Part shown: one piece after another, positions 1 through 13,111 of the stretch
Numbering within the stretch: position 1 is the first letter of the stretch
Layout of the letters: every line of letters begins with the position of its first letter
NCBI GenBank assembly: GCA_951406725.2
Contig: OX597828.1
Location: 51,460,001 to 51,524,000, forward strand
Direction of reading: 5' to 3'
Length of the DNA: 64,000 nt
Source of the DNA: Octopus vulgaris
Taxonomy: Eukaryota
The notes under the pieces: generated by a model
Database searches by the model: none
Seen by the model: the letters and a program-made list of their open reading frames with translations, nothing else
What the model was told of the DNA's origin: nothing
Position numbers and translations under genes: made by a program

Positions 1-683
1 TTGTGAGCTCAATCGGGAGTTTGAAATAAAATTCCCATAACGATGTCATTTTGTCTGAAACTTCTGCATTTTTATCTGATTTTGATGAAAATCGATAAGT
101 GGCCGAGGCTCAAGGCAGTGAGTTGATGTCAGTGTATGGCGTTGACAAAAGAATCGATAATTGCGCCTGAGAAGTGCTTTATAAAACTAATAGGTTTCGT
201 GCGAGCAAATACTCATAGGGATTTTATTTTTGGCCGTATCTTTTATACTTTTCATCCAATTTTAATGAAATTTGAGATTTAGATAAATTTTGTGGTAGGG
301 GAGACGCTCAAGGTCTTGATTTAATTCCAGAGGAATCAGAATGGCACAGGAGCATATCAGCTTTTTTCAGAGACTATTTTATCGATTTTTAAGATATGTT
401 ACACGTGATTACAGTTCATGTCCATACGTTGAATGCGGCATGTAAAGTTGACAAAAATCGATGATTGTGCGTCAGCAAGGGAATATATCATAAAATATAT
501 AATAGACATGTTGCATGCAACTGAATTACACTACAATCAACCCGGGAATTTTGGGGTACCTCTGCTAAAGTACCTCGAACATGACGTCATCCGTAACAAG
601 AAATTTCATCAAGCAACAGTTACAACGGCATAGGCTTATCCTTAACACAAAAAAAACCCGAGCAACCCTGGGTACATTAGCTA

Positions 684-684
<1 letters not shown>
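1..684 (+). mobile_element. Non-autonomous Helitron-like element, 3' part (5' end outside window)
   Basis: Subterminal hairpin ACCCG-AGCAACCC-TGGGT (656-673) followed by CTAG|T at 681-685. Internal repeated units (TTGACAAAA..ATCGAT..TTG) and a related older terminus at ~539-567. Confidence 0.55.
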
Positions 685-736
<52 letters not shown>

Positions 737-843
737 CATGTATGTAGATATATATATACATACATATATATATATGTAGGTCCCGGGTTGAGTCGGGGTT
801 AACCACAGTAAATAAGGTACTCAATACATGGCAGAGTAAATTA

Positions 844-962
844 ATTTATTTTATAGAAGGAGCTTCTACAGGACTAGAACTGTTTCATTCAAATGAAATC
901 ATCAGATGATTTCATTTGAATGAAACAGTTCTAGTCCTGTAGAAGCTCCTTCTATAAAATAA

Positions 963-964
<2 letters not shown>
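844..964. repeat. Perfect 121-bp palindrome (60-bp arms) formed from a PLE-type terminus with a hammerhead-like core at its centre
   Basis: 844-903 is the exact reverse complement of 905-964. The minus strand reads CTGATGA-TTTCATTTGAAT-GAAAC-AGTT-CTA-GTCC. (TA)n tracts on both sides. Confidence 0.85.
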
Positions 965-1015
<51 letters not shown>

Positions 1016-1125
1016 ATCCAAACAAGAAAACACAGAAAAAAAGAAAAAAAGAGAGAAAAAACACAGCAACGCAGGACGTGGAACAATTAAAGTATTATTG
1101 ACGCTCAGGAAAGAAGGGAAGGAAG

Positions 1126-1160
1126 GTTTAACGTTTCGAGCGGAGCTCTTCGTCGGAAAC
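1126..1160 (-). ncRNA. Ultra-minimal hammerhead-like motif in a short PLE-type repeat (~1011-1200)
   Basis: Minus strand GTTT-CCGACGA-AGAGC-TCC-GCTC-GAAACGTT-AAAC: stem I GTTT/AAAC, stem II GAGC/GCTC, palindromic ACGT stem III. U4C core variant. Confidence 0.5.
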
Positions 1161-1310
1161 AAGGAGAAGGAAAGATCCCAAGGAGGGAAGACAGAGGAGA
1201 CAATATTTGAGCTGGTGGTGCTTAAGAGATCACATGTTGAAAAGAACAGAATTTGGAGGTAGTTGAAAAATGGTTTTATAATGCAAGAGAGTTCCCAAAA
1301 AAGGGAATGC

Positions 1311-2007
1311 CTGTGTGTGTGTGTGTGTGTGTGTGCAAGATGACAAGTGTGTTTGTGCGTGCGTGTGTGTGCGTGTGTGTATTTTTGGTGAATAGAGGTA
1401 ATGACAAAGCCAGCTGTGGTGATGACTACTACCTGTTTGTGTCAAGCTAGGTCAAAGACAGGTAAAAAAACATCATATGTGTGTGTTGTTTGTAGTGTGT
1501 GTGTGTGTGTGCATGTATGTGTTCGTGTGTGTATGCGTAGAGTGTGGGTGTGTGGCGTAACCCTAGTACATGTGTGCTTGTACGTGCGTGTGTGTGTGTG
1601 TAGGGGGATGTATATGTGGGTTCATTTGTGTGAGAGTGCGTGTATGTGTGCGTTTGTATGTGTTTGTGTGTATGTGTGCGTGCGCGGATAGGTGTATATT
1701 GTGTATGTATATCTGTCGGTGTGTATGTGAGTTTGTGTGTGTTTGTACGCGTGTATGTGTGTGTGAGTGTATAGTATATATATATATGTAAATGTGTGTG
1801 TGTGTGCGTGTGTGTGTACGTGCGTGCGAGTGAATGTATGTATATATGTGTGCGTGTGTGTACAATGTAGGGGCTTATATGTGTGTTTATATGTGTGTGT
1901 GTATGTATGTGTGTATGTGTATGTATGTATATATATGCGTGTGTGTATGTATGTATGTATGTGTGTAGTGTCTGTGTGTTTGTGTACGTTTGTATATGTG
2001 AGTGCAC
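1311..2007. repeat. Degenerate (TG)n/(TA)n microsatellite block
   Basis: Direct inspection; it explains the many CV/HT-rich pseudo-ORFs. Confidence 0.95.
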
Positions 2008-2177
2008 GTGTTGTCTTAATACAGAGATAGATGTCTCTATACATTCATAATTCTGAAAGCACTATCGAACGTTTGAATATTGCAGGTGTTTCAAGGGATA
2101 CAAATTAAATTTACTGCCGGCGGTAAATCTATTCTTTCGAGTGTTAACAACGCAATGGCTATATTATTATGTCAAAT

Positions 2178-2178
<1 letters not shown>

Positions 2179-2236
<58 letters not shown>

Positions 2237-2321
2237 GCTGCTGCTGATGATGATGATGCTGCTGCAGTTGGTGCTACTACTGCAGCTGCTATGTATGTAT
2301 CTACATACATACCCCCTACAC

Positions 2322-2395
<74 letters not shown>

Positions 2396-2420
2396 TTATA
2401 TTTATATTTATATATATATA
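2179..2420. repeat. (CTA)n, (GCT/GAT)n and (TA)n microsatellites
   Basis: Direct inspection. Confidence 0.95.
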
Positions 2421-2459
2421 CACGTACAGTCAAACATATATGTATAAATATATATTCAA

Positions 2460-4560
2460 TTATCCCATAAATAATGCGAATCTTCAATTGCATGAAAGAA
2501 ACGTCGGAGGGGGGACAGGATAAACTACCTGCATCAACTTACTATAAAAGCAGGTTGTAATTTTACCTTCTGATTCTTAGTGCAGATTTTGAAGTGTGCA
2601 GTTCGATTTTAACGGTTATTTTTTCAAAGCTATAATTGAATTGACGATTATATATTCGGCATATTTTGCTTTATGTGTTCAATAAAGGCAACAATGCAAC
2701 TGTAAGTGAAATATATATCGAAGCAGTATATGAGGATCGGACAATAAGCGTAAGCCAGTGTCAACAGAGGTTCCAGAAATTCCGAGTCGGGACCCACAGC
2801 CTAAAAGACGAGCCTCGCACTGGAAGATCTTTATAGCTCGACAAGTACGTCCTGCAAACCCTGATAGGACAAAATGCTATCGGAACTGTTGAGGAACTAT
2901 CAGAGAAGCTTGGATTTGGTCATTCAACTATTCATCGGAAAAGTCAGCAAATTAGGTCAGTATGCCCCTCAAAAACTTTCCGAGTTTAATCGCGTGTAAG
3001 AGGTGAACGTGTGCTCGTCTTCACTATTACGTCTCTCGAATGAACCCTTTTTTTAAAACCAAATAGTGACTGGTGTCGAGAAATGAGTTCTCTATAAAAA
3101 TGTCAAGCCCCACAGACTGTGGACAGGGAAAAGTGAAATACAGGCGTTCAAGGCTAAAGAAGGTCTTCGCCCACGTAAGGTGTTATTCTCTGTTTGGTGG
3201 AATATGAAATGTTTAATACTCGGCTACATCATCATCATCATTGTTCGACCGTGGTCGAGACAATGGAATTTACTATGTTACGCCAGACTTCACGGTCCAT
3301 CATAGCATTACAGAGGTCCTGTTGCTGGATGCCTGTATCCCTGGAGATTACATCAGAGTAGGAGAGTGTGCGCCCTCTGGTATTGTGAGTAGATGGCTTC
3401 CAGAGGAGAAGAGTAGAAATTACTTCTTTTTCAGCTCTACAACAATGTCCAGCAAACTGGACTCTCCTACCTTTCACAAGAGATGACACAGGTGGTAATT
3501 TCCCATATATTTGCATTTTGGTTGGATGGCGCTTCCACGAGAGATTTTGAGCTCTCATAAGGAGGCGAGTGTAGGTTCCATCCAACCGCCTCTCAAGCTT
3601 CTTTGATAACGTCCAGGTTTCTGAGCCATATAGTAGAATTGGTTCGACTGTGGCTTTGAATATTTCAAGTTTGAAGTCTCTACTTAGATTTGATGACCAG
3701 ATCTTATGCATGTCATTACAGGCTGACCAGGCCATACCCTTTCTAGTTAGAAAGTCTTTTCCAGATGATGATATGTATGACCCAAGATATTTATAATCAG
3801 AAACCATATTTAAAGGCGCACTGTTGAGAGTGTGGATGATGCAATCACTGTTGGACAGGCACTTGTTTATGTATTCAGTTTTGGCCTCATTGAGGTAAAG
3901 ACCTACACAATTTGAGGCTTGTTCAAGAGATTGTAAAAGAGACTGGGCATTGGAGAGAGAATCACTGATAAGAGCGATGTCGTCAGCAAAGTCAGTGTCT
4001 GTCAAGTACTCAGCTGGGTGTCTGGAACTTCTTCTTGGTTTTATTTCAAAGCCCTTGCCAGAGATGGTATCAACTGACATACGTAGCACATAATCAACAA
4101 CATTGATGAAAAGAAATGGGGCGAGTGTGTCTCCCTGCAGTATTCCGGCTTTGATTGAGAAAGATGATGTTTCTCCATCAGGGGTTAAGATGGTTGAAGA
4201 CGTATCTGTGTAGAGGACCTTGATGGCAGAAATAATTTTGTCTGGTATCCCATAGAGCTTAAGGATTTCAAACATCTTGTACCTATCTACAGAATCGAAC
4301 GCTTTAGAAAAGTCTACATACAACAAGGATGGTATTCCAAACGCTGGAACAGCTTGAGTAGGAAACGATGCCCTACCTACCATAATCGACGGACATTGGT
4401 CCACGTGATTATCGTTTATTCCGCAGTCTTTGCAATCATTTGGACGGAAAAATATGAATTCTGTCGATGAAGTCACAACAGTACTGGGTGAGAACTTTTT
4501 TCTTTGGCCGACTATGGCAAAATGAGATTCCTTTCTGCATGACATCACTTTTTGAAATAT
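2460..4560 (+). mobile_element. Decayed mariner (Mos1-like) transposase relic interrupted by an RTE insertion
   Basis: Translates IRHILLYVFNKGNNA..QCQQRFQKFRVG..LKDEPRTGR, IVTGVEK*VLY and KVLFSVWWN. After the insertion it resumes (NTRL)HTT..LEQLE*ETMPYLP*STDIGPRDYRLFRSLCNHLDGK (YSPDLAPSDYHLF motif). Stops, frameshifts and an internal deletion. Confidence 0.88.
3230..4313 (-). mobile_element. Young 5'-truncated RTE-clade LINE (RT and C-terminal domain)
   Basis: Uninterrupted ~360-aa frame with VDFSKAFDSV, GILQGDTLAPFLF, FADD, YKYLGS and LLYGSETW. (TGA)n 3' tail; CTACAT direct repeats at 3224-3229 and 4314-4319. Confidence 0.95.
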
Positions 4561-4614
4561 TAAGAATTAAGTGAAAATGTTCAAATTTGGTGTTTTGAAG
4601 TGATTTTTCACACT

Positions 4615-4771
4615 GGAGTGGCTGTGTGGTAAGTAGCTTGCTCACACCAACCACATGGCTCCGAATTCATCCCCACTGCGTGGCACCTTGAGCAGTTATC
4701 TTGTAATATAGTCTCGAGCAGATTAAACTTTGTGAGTGAACTTGGTAGACGGAAACTGAAAGAAGCCCGTC

Positions 4772-4817
<46 letters not shown>

Positions 4818-5040
4818 GTGTGTGTGTATGTTTGTGTGTCTGTGTTTATCCCCCACCCCATCATAAAATTGACAACCGGTGTTGGTGTGTTTACACCCGC
4901 ATAACTTAGCGGTTCGGTCGAAGAGATCGATGTAATTAGTACTAGGCTTACAAATAATAAGTCCTGAGGCCATCAGCATGGTCACGGTTAAATACTGAAA
5001 CAAATGAAAGAATAAAAGAATATAAGAATAAAAGAATAAA
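4615..5040 (+). mobile_element. tRNA-derived CORE-like SINE (family A, ~400 bp, internal microsatellite)
   Basis: Head GGAGTGGCTGTGTGGTAAG, body GGTAGACGGAAACTGAAAGAAGCCCGTCG, tail ACTGAAACAA..(AAAGAAT)n; more than 15 homologous copies in the window. Confidence 0.9.
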
Positions 5041-5422
5041 TCTCATGGTCTACTTCACTTGTTCCCGAAAAAAAAATTTTTTTTAAGTTATAAAGCTTTA
5101 AACTTTTATCATTTTTACCCAATCAGAAAACAGGATTTGGAAGCTGTCATTTTGTGCGTGACTCTGCAATAGTAAGATGACAAAACAATAATTTCAGCAT
5201 TGCGACGATTACACGTATTTTAAGCATTAAATAAGCGAAAATGACCAAAAATAACGAGTAAGCAGCGTATATTTTGTAGTGTTATGCGTTCAATATAGGC
5301 ATTTAATGCGAGTAAACAACACAGTCTTTCAGATTCTTTGGAGTAGAAAAAAACAAACTGTAGTCCAGATCGGAATAAAAGAGTACACAACACATTTTGT
5401 AGTCCAATTCATCAAAAACGAA

Positions 5423-5505
<83 letters not shown>

Positions 5506-5511
5506 TATCTA

Positions 5512-5735
5512 AGGTGACGAGCTAGCAGGATAGTTATCAGGCTTGATGAAACGCTAAGCGCTATTTCACCGGTCGCTACGTTCTGGGTTCAATTTCCCCC
5601 GCGGTCGACTTTGCCTTGAATCCTTTCGGGGTCGATAAATTAAGTACTAGTTGAGTGCACGAGTTGATGCAAGCGACTAGCCCTTTCCCTTCAAATATAT
5701 TGGTCCCATCACAGGCCTTCTATCTATAGTAGAAA
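5512..5735 (+). mobile_element. SINE family B (Meta-domain-like centre)
   Basis: GTCGACTTTGCCTT..ATCCTTTCGGGGTCGATAAATTAAGTAC motif shared with 34029, 44049 and 60361. Confidence 0.8.
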
Positions 5736-5849
5736 GTATTATTTATTATCATTATTATTATTATTATTATTATTTTTATTATTGCTATTTTTGTTGTTGT
5801 TGTTGTTGTTGTTTTGTTGTTGTTGTTATTGTTGTCATTATTATTATTT

Positions 5850-6560
5850 ATTGTCTTTGCACAGCTTCTAACGCTGGACATGTACTACGATGCCAGTCGA
5901 AATAAGGTAACACTCCTTAATTTTCGAACGCTAGCCGGAGTATTTGAGCAGTCTCAAGCAGTGCTCTTTTCTGGAAATGCTCCACACTTATTGCTGCCCC
6001 TTTGATGTTCCATGTCCTTCTCAGGATTTCTACTCACTGTTCCCGTTCCCAGGGCTCCGACAATTAATATTACAACCTTTTTCATTGACCACAATTTCTC
6101 AAGCTCCCAAGCTAACCAGTCATGTCTATCGACTTTTTTTTCTTCCTTATCGCATATCTTTTTGTCAGCTGGGCATGCTGTACCTATGATCCAACACTGT
6201 TTGCTTTCTTTCGTAATTAACGCTATGTCTCGTTTCCTATTCTCTACCACATGGTCGCACTGAATCATAAAATCGCATAGTATCTCTGCATTATCATTTT
6301 CGATGATGCCTTAGGGTTTATGTTCGTACCGCTTTTTGCTCTGTCAAATCCATACATTTTGCAAAGTGTCCAATGGACATTCTTTACTATATTGTCATGA
6401 GGTCTCTTATATTCTTTCTGGGCTAGTGGCGTATACCATGCTGACATGGCATACAGTTTCACCATTTTATCCACAAATTCTACACTTATCCCATTCTGAT
6501 GTGTTATCTATTCTGCATTTGATGTGTAGCAATATTGTTTTCTTCATTGCTATCTTCACG
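5850..6560 (-). mobile_element. R4/Dong-like non-LTR retrotransposon 3' end (CCHC knuckle + RLE endonuclease), decayed
   Basis: LAQKEYKRPHDNIVKNVHWTLC and IQCDHVVENRKRDIAL..CWII..ACP..KEEKK..LAWELEKLW..VGALG; 3' end abuts (TAA)/(CAA) repeats. Confidence 0.85.
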
Positions 6561-7433
6561 GTTTGAGAAAAATATTAAGAATGATCTCGTTTGAGATTAC
6601 AAACATCTTTGGCTAGTTTAACCTTGTTGTGTCCACTGATCGGATTGGTTAGCATCTAAGCGCTGTCTGTCTCTACTTATTTCGCGCCAGTGTGTAAACT
6701 GACCAATCACGGCTTTCGGATAGGACTTTTCATTTGAGCCATCTTAACTCTTTAAATATGCTGATCATATCACGATTCAACGTCTTTCGGCTTAAGACCT
6801 TTTAAGGTCTTGGTCGGAGACCACACAGAGCTTACTCAACCATGTTCCAGTTCGAAAGGCAGACGACAGCCAAGTCAACCATAATATGAAGACGCTATTG
6901 TAAACCAGCGACAGACATAAAGTCATCACCAACATCGTCTCCATCTACGAAGATTTCAACTTGTACACAAGATAAATACAGATTCAACTCATGCTGTTAG
7001 TGTGAAAATCTCACCACGGAAAAACAGTTGCAGTATATATATCTGAAAGAATATCGATATCAAGAGAAAAATATGCACAACAAGTGACTCAACTAATCTC
7101 AGCTCCGAGACACAAATCTTGTATAGAACTCATTATCGTGTACTACATGAACTGGTAAAATAACTTCATTTAAACTCAAAATGTTGAGACTTCTCTTTAT
7201 GCTCTGTTGTATTTGCATAAACCTTATTCTGTACTTCTTTCGCACACACGAACACACAGACACAAATATTATAAGCATGCATTCATGACACAACACTACA
7301 CTAATAATAACAAATCACTTTGTACACTGTGAATAAAATCTATCTTCTCTTTATAATAGTAGAACGGTTTTTGGAGTCCTTATTTCATATACTTTGGCAC
7401 TGTTCATAAACAAGTATTATGGCTTATATAACA

Positions 7434-7740
7434 TTATATTATATTATGATATTTTATGTTGGGATGCGGCCGTGCGCTGAACAAGAGGAGAAATATGTCA
7501 CCGAAACACCTCACGTACGGTCGTATTCTAACAGATGTAATTCGTTCTTCGTGCGAGCTCTTTTGGTCATCCATAGACATTTTTTCTCTGATTGTCATAT
7601 CTTCATCATCCCCATGAAATTGCTGATGCATTCTTTTCTTTATCCACCTATTTTCATTTACATTCCTTCTCAATTGCTTGTGAAGTGCTTTATCTTTGAA
7701 ATCTTCGATCCTACACAAGCATGACCTTCTTACTTCCAAT
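7434..7740 (-). mobile_element. Possible mariner C-terminal relic
   Basis: HQQFHGDDEDMT..DQKSSHEERITSV..RCFGD loosely resembles the mariner C-terminus. Confidence 0.3.
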
Positions 7741-8691
7741 AATAGTGGTTCTGTGGCATTATTATTATTATTATTATTATTGTTGCTGTTGTTGTTGTTA
7801 TTGTTGTTCGTGTTGTTGCTGTTGCTGTTGTTATTATTATTATGAGTTGTAATGGAATGCTGTAAGCTACTAAGCTACTTAGGCTCTTGTGATAATCTTT
7901 CAGCCAATAAGATTTTAAGTAGTAATGAAATACTACCGTTAGCTAGATACCCTTTTAACAACGACTATTTGTGAACAAAATAGAATTACGGTCTTAAAGC
8001 TAAACAAATGCAAGCGGAAAATGACAATTATTTATTAAGAGAGGTATATAATATTTTGATCAGCTAAATGCGCTGCTAAGCTATTTTCTCAAATTCACAT
8101 TAAATAATTTTTTACATCGCATAACTATGACCAAGAACTACTTCAAGATTAATCCTCCAGTATTTATATTTATGATAGATTGAATGTAATTCTTTGTTGA
8201 AACGATAGAAACGGAATTATGTCGGTTCTTTGACAATCTGAATATTTGAGAGTCTGATATCAAAAGGTTAATAGAGTTCATGCTTTTAGAACCATAGTTC
8301 AACAGTCGATTTTCCCAACTTCTTCCCAACATTTATAATAAATAATATAAATGGCATCAAAACGACGTCATGAAAGGATTTGCAGAATATTTTCAAAATG
8401 TTCATCTCAGCAGTTCATCTATAGCAGTTTCAAGTTTCAAAACAAGGGCAGCAAGCTCGAAAGAAGGAACTAAGTCGATTACATCAACCCATCTGTTCCA
8501 CTGGTACTTATTTTATTGAGAGAAAAGAAATAAGTTCAATATCAACCATAGCATAAAGACGGGCGACATGCCATCAGTTATTTTTTTCGTTTGGCACGCC
8601 GTTCTAACAATTCTGTCAGCTCGCGTCATTGTTTATTGTATAAAATTATTATGGATTATTGTTTGTAAAACATACGACAGATGAAACTGAA

Positions 8692-8816
<125 letters not shown>

Positions 8817-8819
8817 CAG

Positions 8820-8990
8820 GGAGAGTTTACGAAAAAAACAAAAGACGAAGACAGGTGGTGTACACAACAAACAGATGTATTAGTATAACGCTCAGGAATA
8901 GAAAAAGTCTTTTACGTTTCAAGCCTACGCTCCTCTACAGAAAGGGACACAGAAAAAACAAGGTGAGAAAAATGTGTATTGTGGCTAACG
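8820..8990 (-). mobile_element. Short PLE-type repeat with hammerhead-like motif (8909-8944)
   Basis: Homologous to 59634-59782 and 62415-62610. Minus strand CTTT-CTGTAGA-GGAGCGTAGGCTT-GAAACGTA-AAAG; lies between (GATA)n and (TA)n. Confidence 0.6.
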
Positions 8991-9071
<81 letters not shown>

Positions 9072-9235
9072 TATATATATTTCTTTTTCAGTTCCGCTAT
9101 ATATACTAATTTTGGCTTTATTTATCCAGTGGGGTCGATAACATATATAACTGCAAGATTGTCAAGACTATGAAAACGTTATTGACGCTTGGTGATGTAC
9201 ACTGATATTTGGAGATTTAGAAGTTCTAAAACCAA

Positions 9236-9552
9236 ACTCGGGCTGACCAAAGCCTTGTGGGTGGATTTGGTAGACGGAAACTTTAAGAAACCCGTCGTAT
9301 ATATGTATATGTATATATGCATGTGTGTGTATATGTTTGTATTTCTGTGTTTGTCCCCTGAACTTTGCTTGACAACCGATGCTGGTGTATTTATGTCCCC
9401 CTAACTAAGCTGTTCGGCAAAAGAGACCGATAGAATAAGTACTAGGCTTACAAAGAATAAGTTCTGGGGTCGATTTGCTCGACTAAAGGTGGTGCTCCAG
9501 CATGGTAACAGTCAAATGACTGAAACAAGTAAGAGAGTAAATAGTAAGAGTA
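9236..9552 (+). mobile_element. SINE family A, 5'-truncated
   Basis: Body and tail match family A. Confidence 0.88.
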
Positions 9553-9619
9553 TGTTGATGAAACTTTGATTTTCTTATCTATGAGCAATAATATTGCCAC
9601 ACTTTTAATATTACCTTCA

Positions 9620-10130
9620 AGCTTTCTTGTTTGGCTTTTTTTATGAACTATTTTGCTGCCTTACTGCGTGGTAAGACCTCCTTATAATCGTGATCATAAT
9701 GTGGGAGGTTTAAGGTCTTGTCTGTATTTATATGTCTACTTTGAGCGTGAATACAATTTTCTAATCCGCTTGTGTCGCCTTACCAGCTGTCTCATCCAGG
9801 CGGTATTACTTTGGATGTACACATGCAGTTCTATTGTCGTTTTATAGGATGTTTCAAGTTGGATTATGTCTCTACCTACTTCCTTTCGTGGAAGATGCCT
9901 GTGAACGTCTGATTTTGGGTGGTGCATCGTTTCAGCAGTTTCCTGGTCTGTTTGTCCATACGCTGAAATTCACTCAGACACCGTTTGATGAGGTTAGGGC
10001 TATAACGGTCAACTGTCACCCCCAGGGAGTTTATAAATGCAGTTCTATTCTGGGAGTTCAACGCAGTGCTCGGAACCATTCTCACACGTCTATAATACTC
10101 TTTCCTGATCTTTTCCATTGGTCTTGATAT
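9620..10130 (-). mobile_element. R4/Dong-like LINE relic (RT thumb region)
   Basis: KEYYRRVR..LNSQNR..INSL..MDKQTRKLL..MHHPKSDV..LPRKEVGR.IIQLE. Confidence 0.8.
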
Positions 10131-12606
10131 AGTGCTGGCGTCTCCTTTTTCTTAGAGCATAACCAAATCTCTCTATTTCCAGATCCAATGTCGATTTTTC
10201 CTTAACTCATTCAAACCAGAATATATCGACAGAGACGATGATGTTGCTTAAATAAAAGGAACAGAGCAGACATTTTTGGTCACAACAACCTTCTAGGCTA
10301 AATCATCTGTAATCTTCAAATCTTATAATGGTGGATTCTTCTTGGTGGCTTTGTTGCATATCGAATAACCAACTCCTGTTTATCTCACACTCTGATGTAA
10401 GCCAAGCAATTAAATCAAACATGTATACATTAATTACCTCTTCTCTGCTGATTCTTAAATCTCACACATTTGCAATTAGCATTAATTATCATTAACGTTG
10501 AAGCTGCTGAATGCACTGACCTATTTATTAGCAACTGACTTGCGGAAGCCCAGATGTTGATTCGTCCGATTCCTTTCGTGAACTGTAACGTGCAAAAGCT
10601 GTTCCCTTATTTTACAGGACGACTTCAGATTTTAATAGGAAGTTGTATACCTTTACAACTACCCCTTATACGCATTCCCTCTGTCTTATCAGCCATTGTC
10701 TTCTTTCAGGCGACATATACGGAACTAAACATTTTGAAATCTCCATCTCTCAACAGCTTCATATCTATCTAATTAGTTCCCGCATAATATACAGACATGT
10801 GTCGACGAAATTTCATACTCAACATTAATAGTATATATATATATTCCATTTTCGGTGGAATGGATGGCAGTGGTGGTCGATAAATAAGAAATCTACTCCA
10901 CTACTTCCACAAAATTAATTTACCGAAAATATATATATGTAATATGGTAATTGAGATTCTTTATGAAAGAGAGATTTACACTAGGTAAAAATCTATTACA
11001 TTGCTTTTGTTTTCTGCTCGTAGGTAAATAGCTGTAAGATAAGTAGGACTTGATCAGAGGACTGTCTGTGTAACCATAGCACTGTAGAGCAGCGTGAAGC
11101 AAAAAGCAAATACCCTATAATAACAGCAACAAAAGTATGCATAATGTGGCTACAAGCTTTTCGACCAGAGTTTGGTGTCTATAGGTTTGTGACACGCTTC
11201 CATTCAGATAGGTGGTCATTATAGAACCAATAATTTTGAGAAGATAGTTGAACAAGATACAATAGGTAAAATTACATCATTATCACTGTTTGTAATACTT
11301 TATAGTCAAGACAAGGAAAATATCAGCAAGTCTTTCTATCTCATGGGATATGTTGTGAGTTTATGGAGATTCTATTATTAGAAGAACGTGGGTGTGTTTT
11401 CATTATACTGACACGCCATAGGCACATTCTGCGATCTACATGGGGTGTGTATCTGTACAATACTTCCAAATGATATCATTACCTATTTTATTGGTATTTA
11501 ACTATTTTATTCATATAGTTTTTTCTTTTTTTTTTCTTGTTTATTTCGAACAGGAAGTCATTATCTCGTTGTCAGTATATTATCATACATCTGCATAATG
11601 CCCTGGGATTTATATATCGATTACATGTCATTATATTCCAGTTATATCTATAATAATTATTTTAAAGTTGCAACATTAATTCTTTTCACCAATCAGTAAA
11701 TCCGTATTCCCAAATGCTAAAGTTAGAGCAATATCATATTTCCAGTTTTTTTTTCAACTTATTTGTGCTTGTCACTCACCGATACCTCACTATAATTTTA
11801 TTTCCCTACAATGGCTAGCTAGAGTATTACATAAGCAAATATTATTTCATACTGTTAGATTCACTTCAACATTTAAATTTAATTTGTCAAAATATTTCGT
11901 CGCTTTGAGACCGCGACCTGTTCACTGACAAAACTTCGTGCTGCATCTCGTTCCAGCACACGATTTCAGATCAAGTCACTCGCTATGCAAGTACATCTCC
12001 ATAATATTTCTTTTTGTTATTGAACAAAGATCAACATAGTCTTGCTATATGAATCAAATAAACTTTTCGCAGAACTGTGTTTGTATTCAAATACAACGAA
12101 AACAACATTAAGCAATGATACTTTATAACATATATAAAAAATCGATTTTAAACTTTGAAACAATTTTACAACTTTAAACATTTATAGAGGTATTGTAATG
12201 TCTTTTAAACTATGTTTAATTTTCAAACGTCTGATGATGTGTGGAAACTGACTTTAAAGTTGGGAAAATGTCTTCGTACATTGTCACGAATATAATGGTG
12301 TTTTAGGTGGCAAAACTACTGTTTATTGGTTCGCTGTTGTTGAAAAACGATTATGAAGTTTGATATCCCGTTTATACATTACTATGATCATAAGGTCAAA
12401 CAAACTAATATAATTACTGACAAACTGACCTCTTTAGTAAGCTTTGTATTTAGGGAAATTTAAGTATATAAAGTGCTCTGTAGACACTCTAAATACGTAT
12501 TATTTGTAATGTAATGAAATATTGTAAGAAAGACTGTTTATGGGTGTAATTTTATGATAATGATCCCTAATGACCTGAACGTAAAGTATACGTAGTGCAA
12601 AGCTGG

Positions 12607-12657
<51 letters not shown>

Positions 12658-12790
12658 TTAATGCTTTTATATTATAGTAATAACTCATGGATATACTGAT
12701 ATAAAAAGCAAAAGAGGGAGAAGCAACATTAAAAATATGATGTGATGGGATGTTAACTACTCCTGAACTATCTATACTAGTTACATCGTC

Positions 12791-12958
12791 GGGTCGTCGG
12801 CGACTAAACTGGCAACCCAACTAAGCTTGCTTGGTGAGGAGGGTGATAATTTGACACCCTGAAGGACGACAGATAAAACCTGTCATACAGGGCAGAGAAA
12901 CTCATGTGTAGCCAACGCCCATACAAATATATGTATATATATATATATATATATATGT

Positions 12959-13014
<56 letters not shown>

Positions 13015-13065
13015 GTATATACATATATATACATACATACATACATACATACATACATACATACA

Positions 13066-13111
<46 letters not shown>

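Noticed and set aside
1253-2493. Numerous 60-190 aa ORFs ([12 protein letters not shown], poly-T/L), here and throughout the window
   Set aside because: They are translations of microsatellites with no domain or splice support.
12231-12290. CTGATGA box as a hammerhead
   Set aside because: No convincing GAAA/UH arrangement or stem I.
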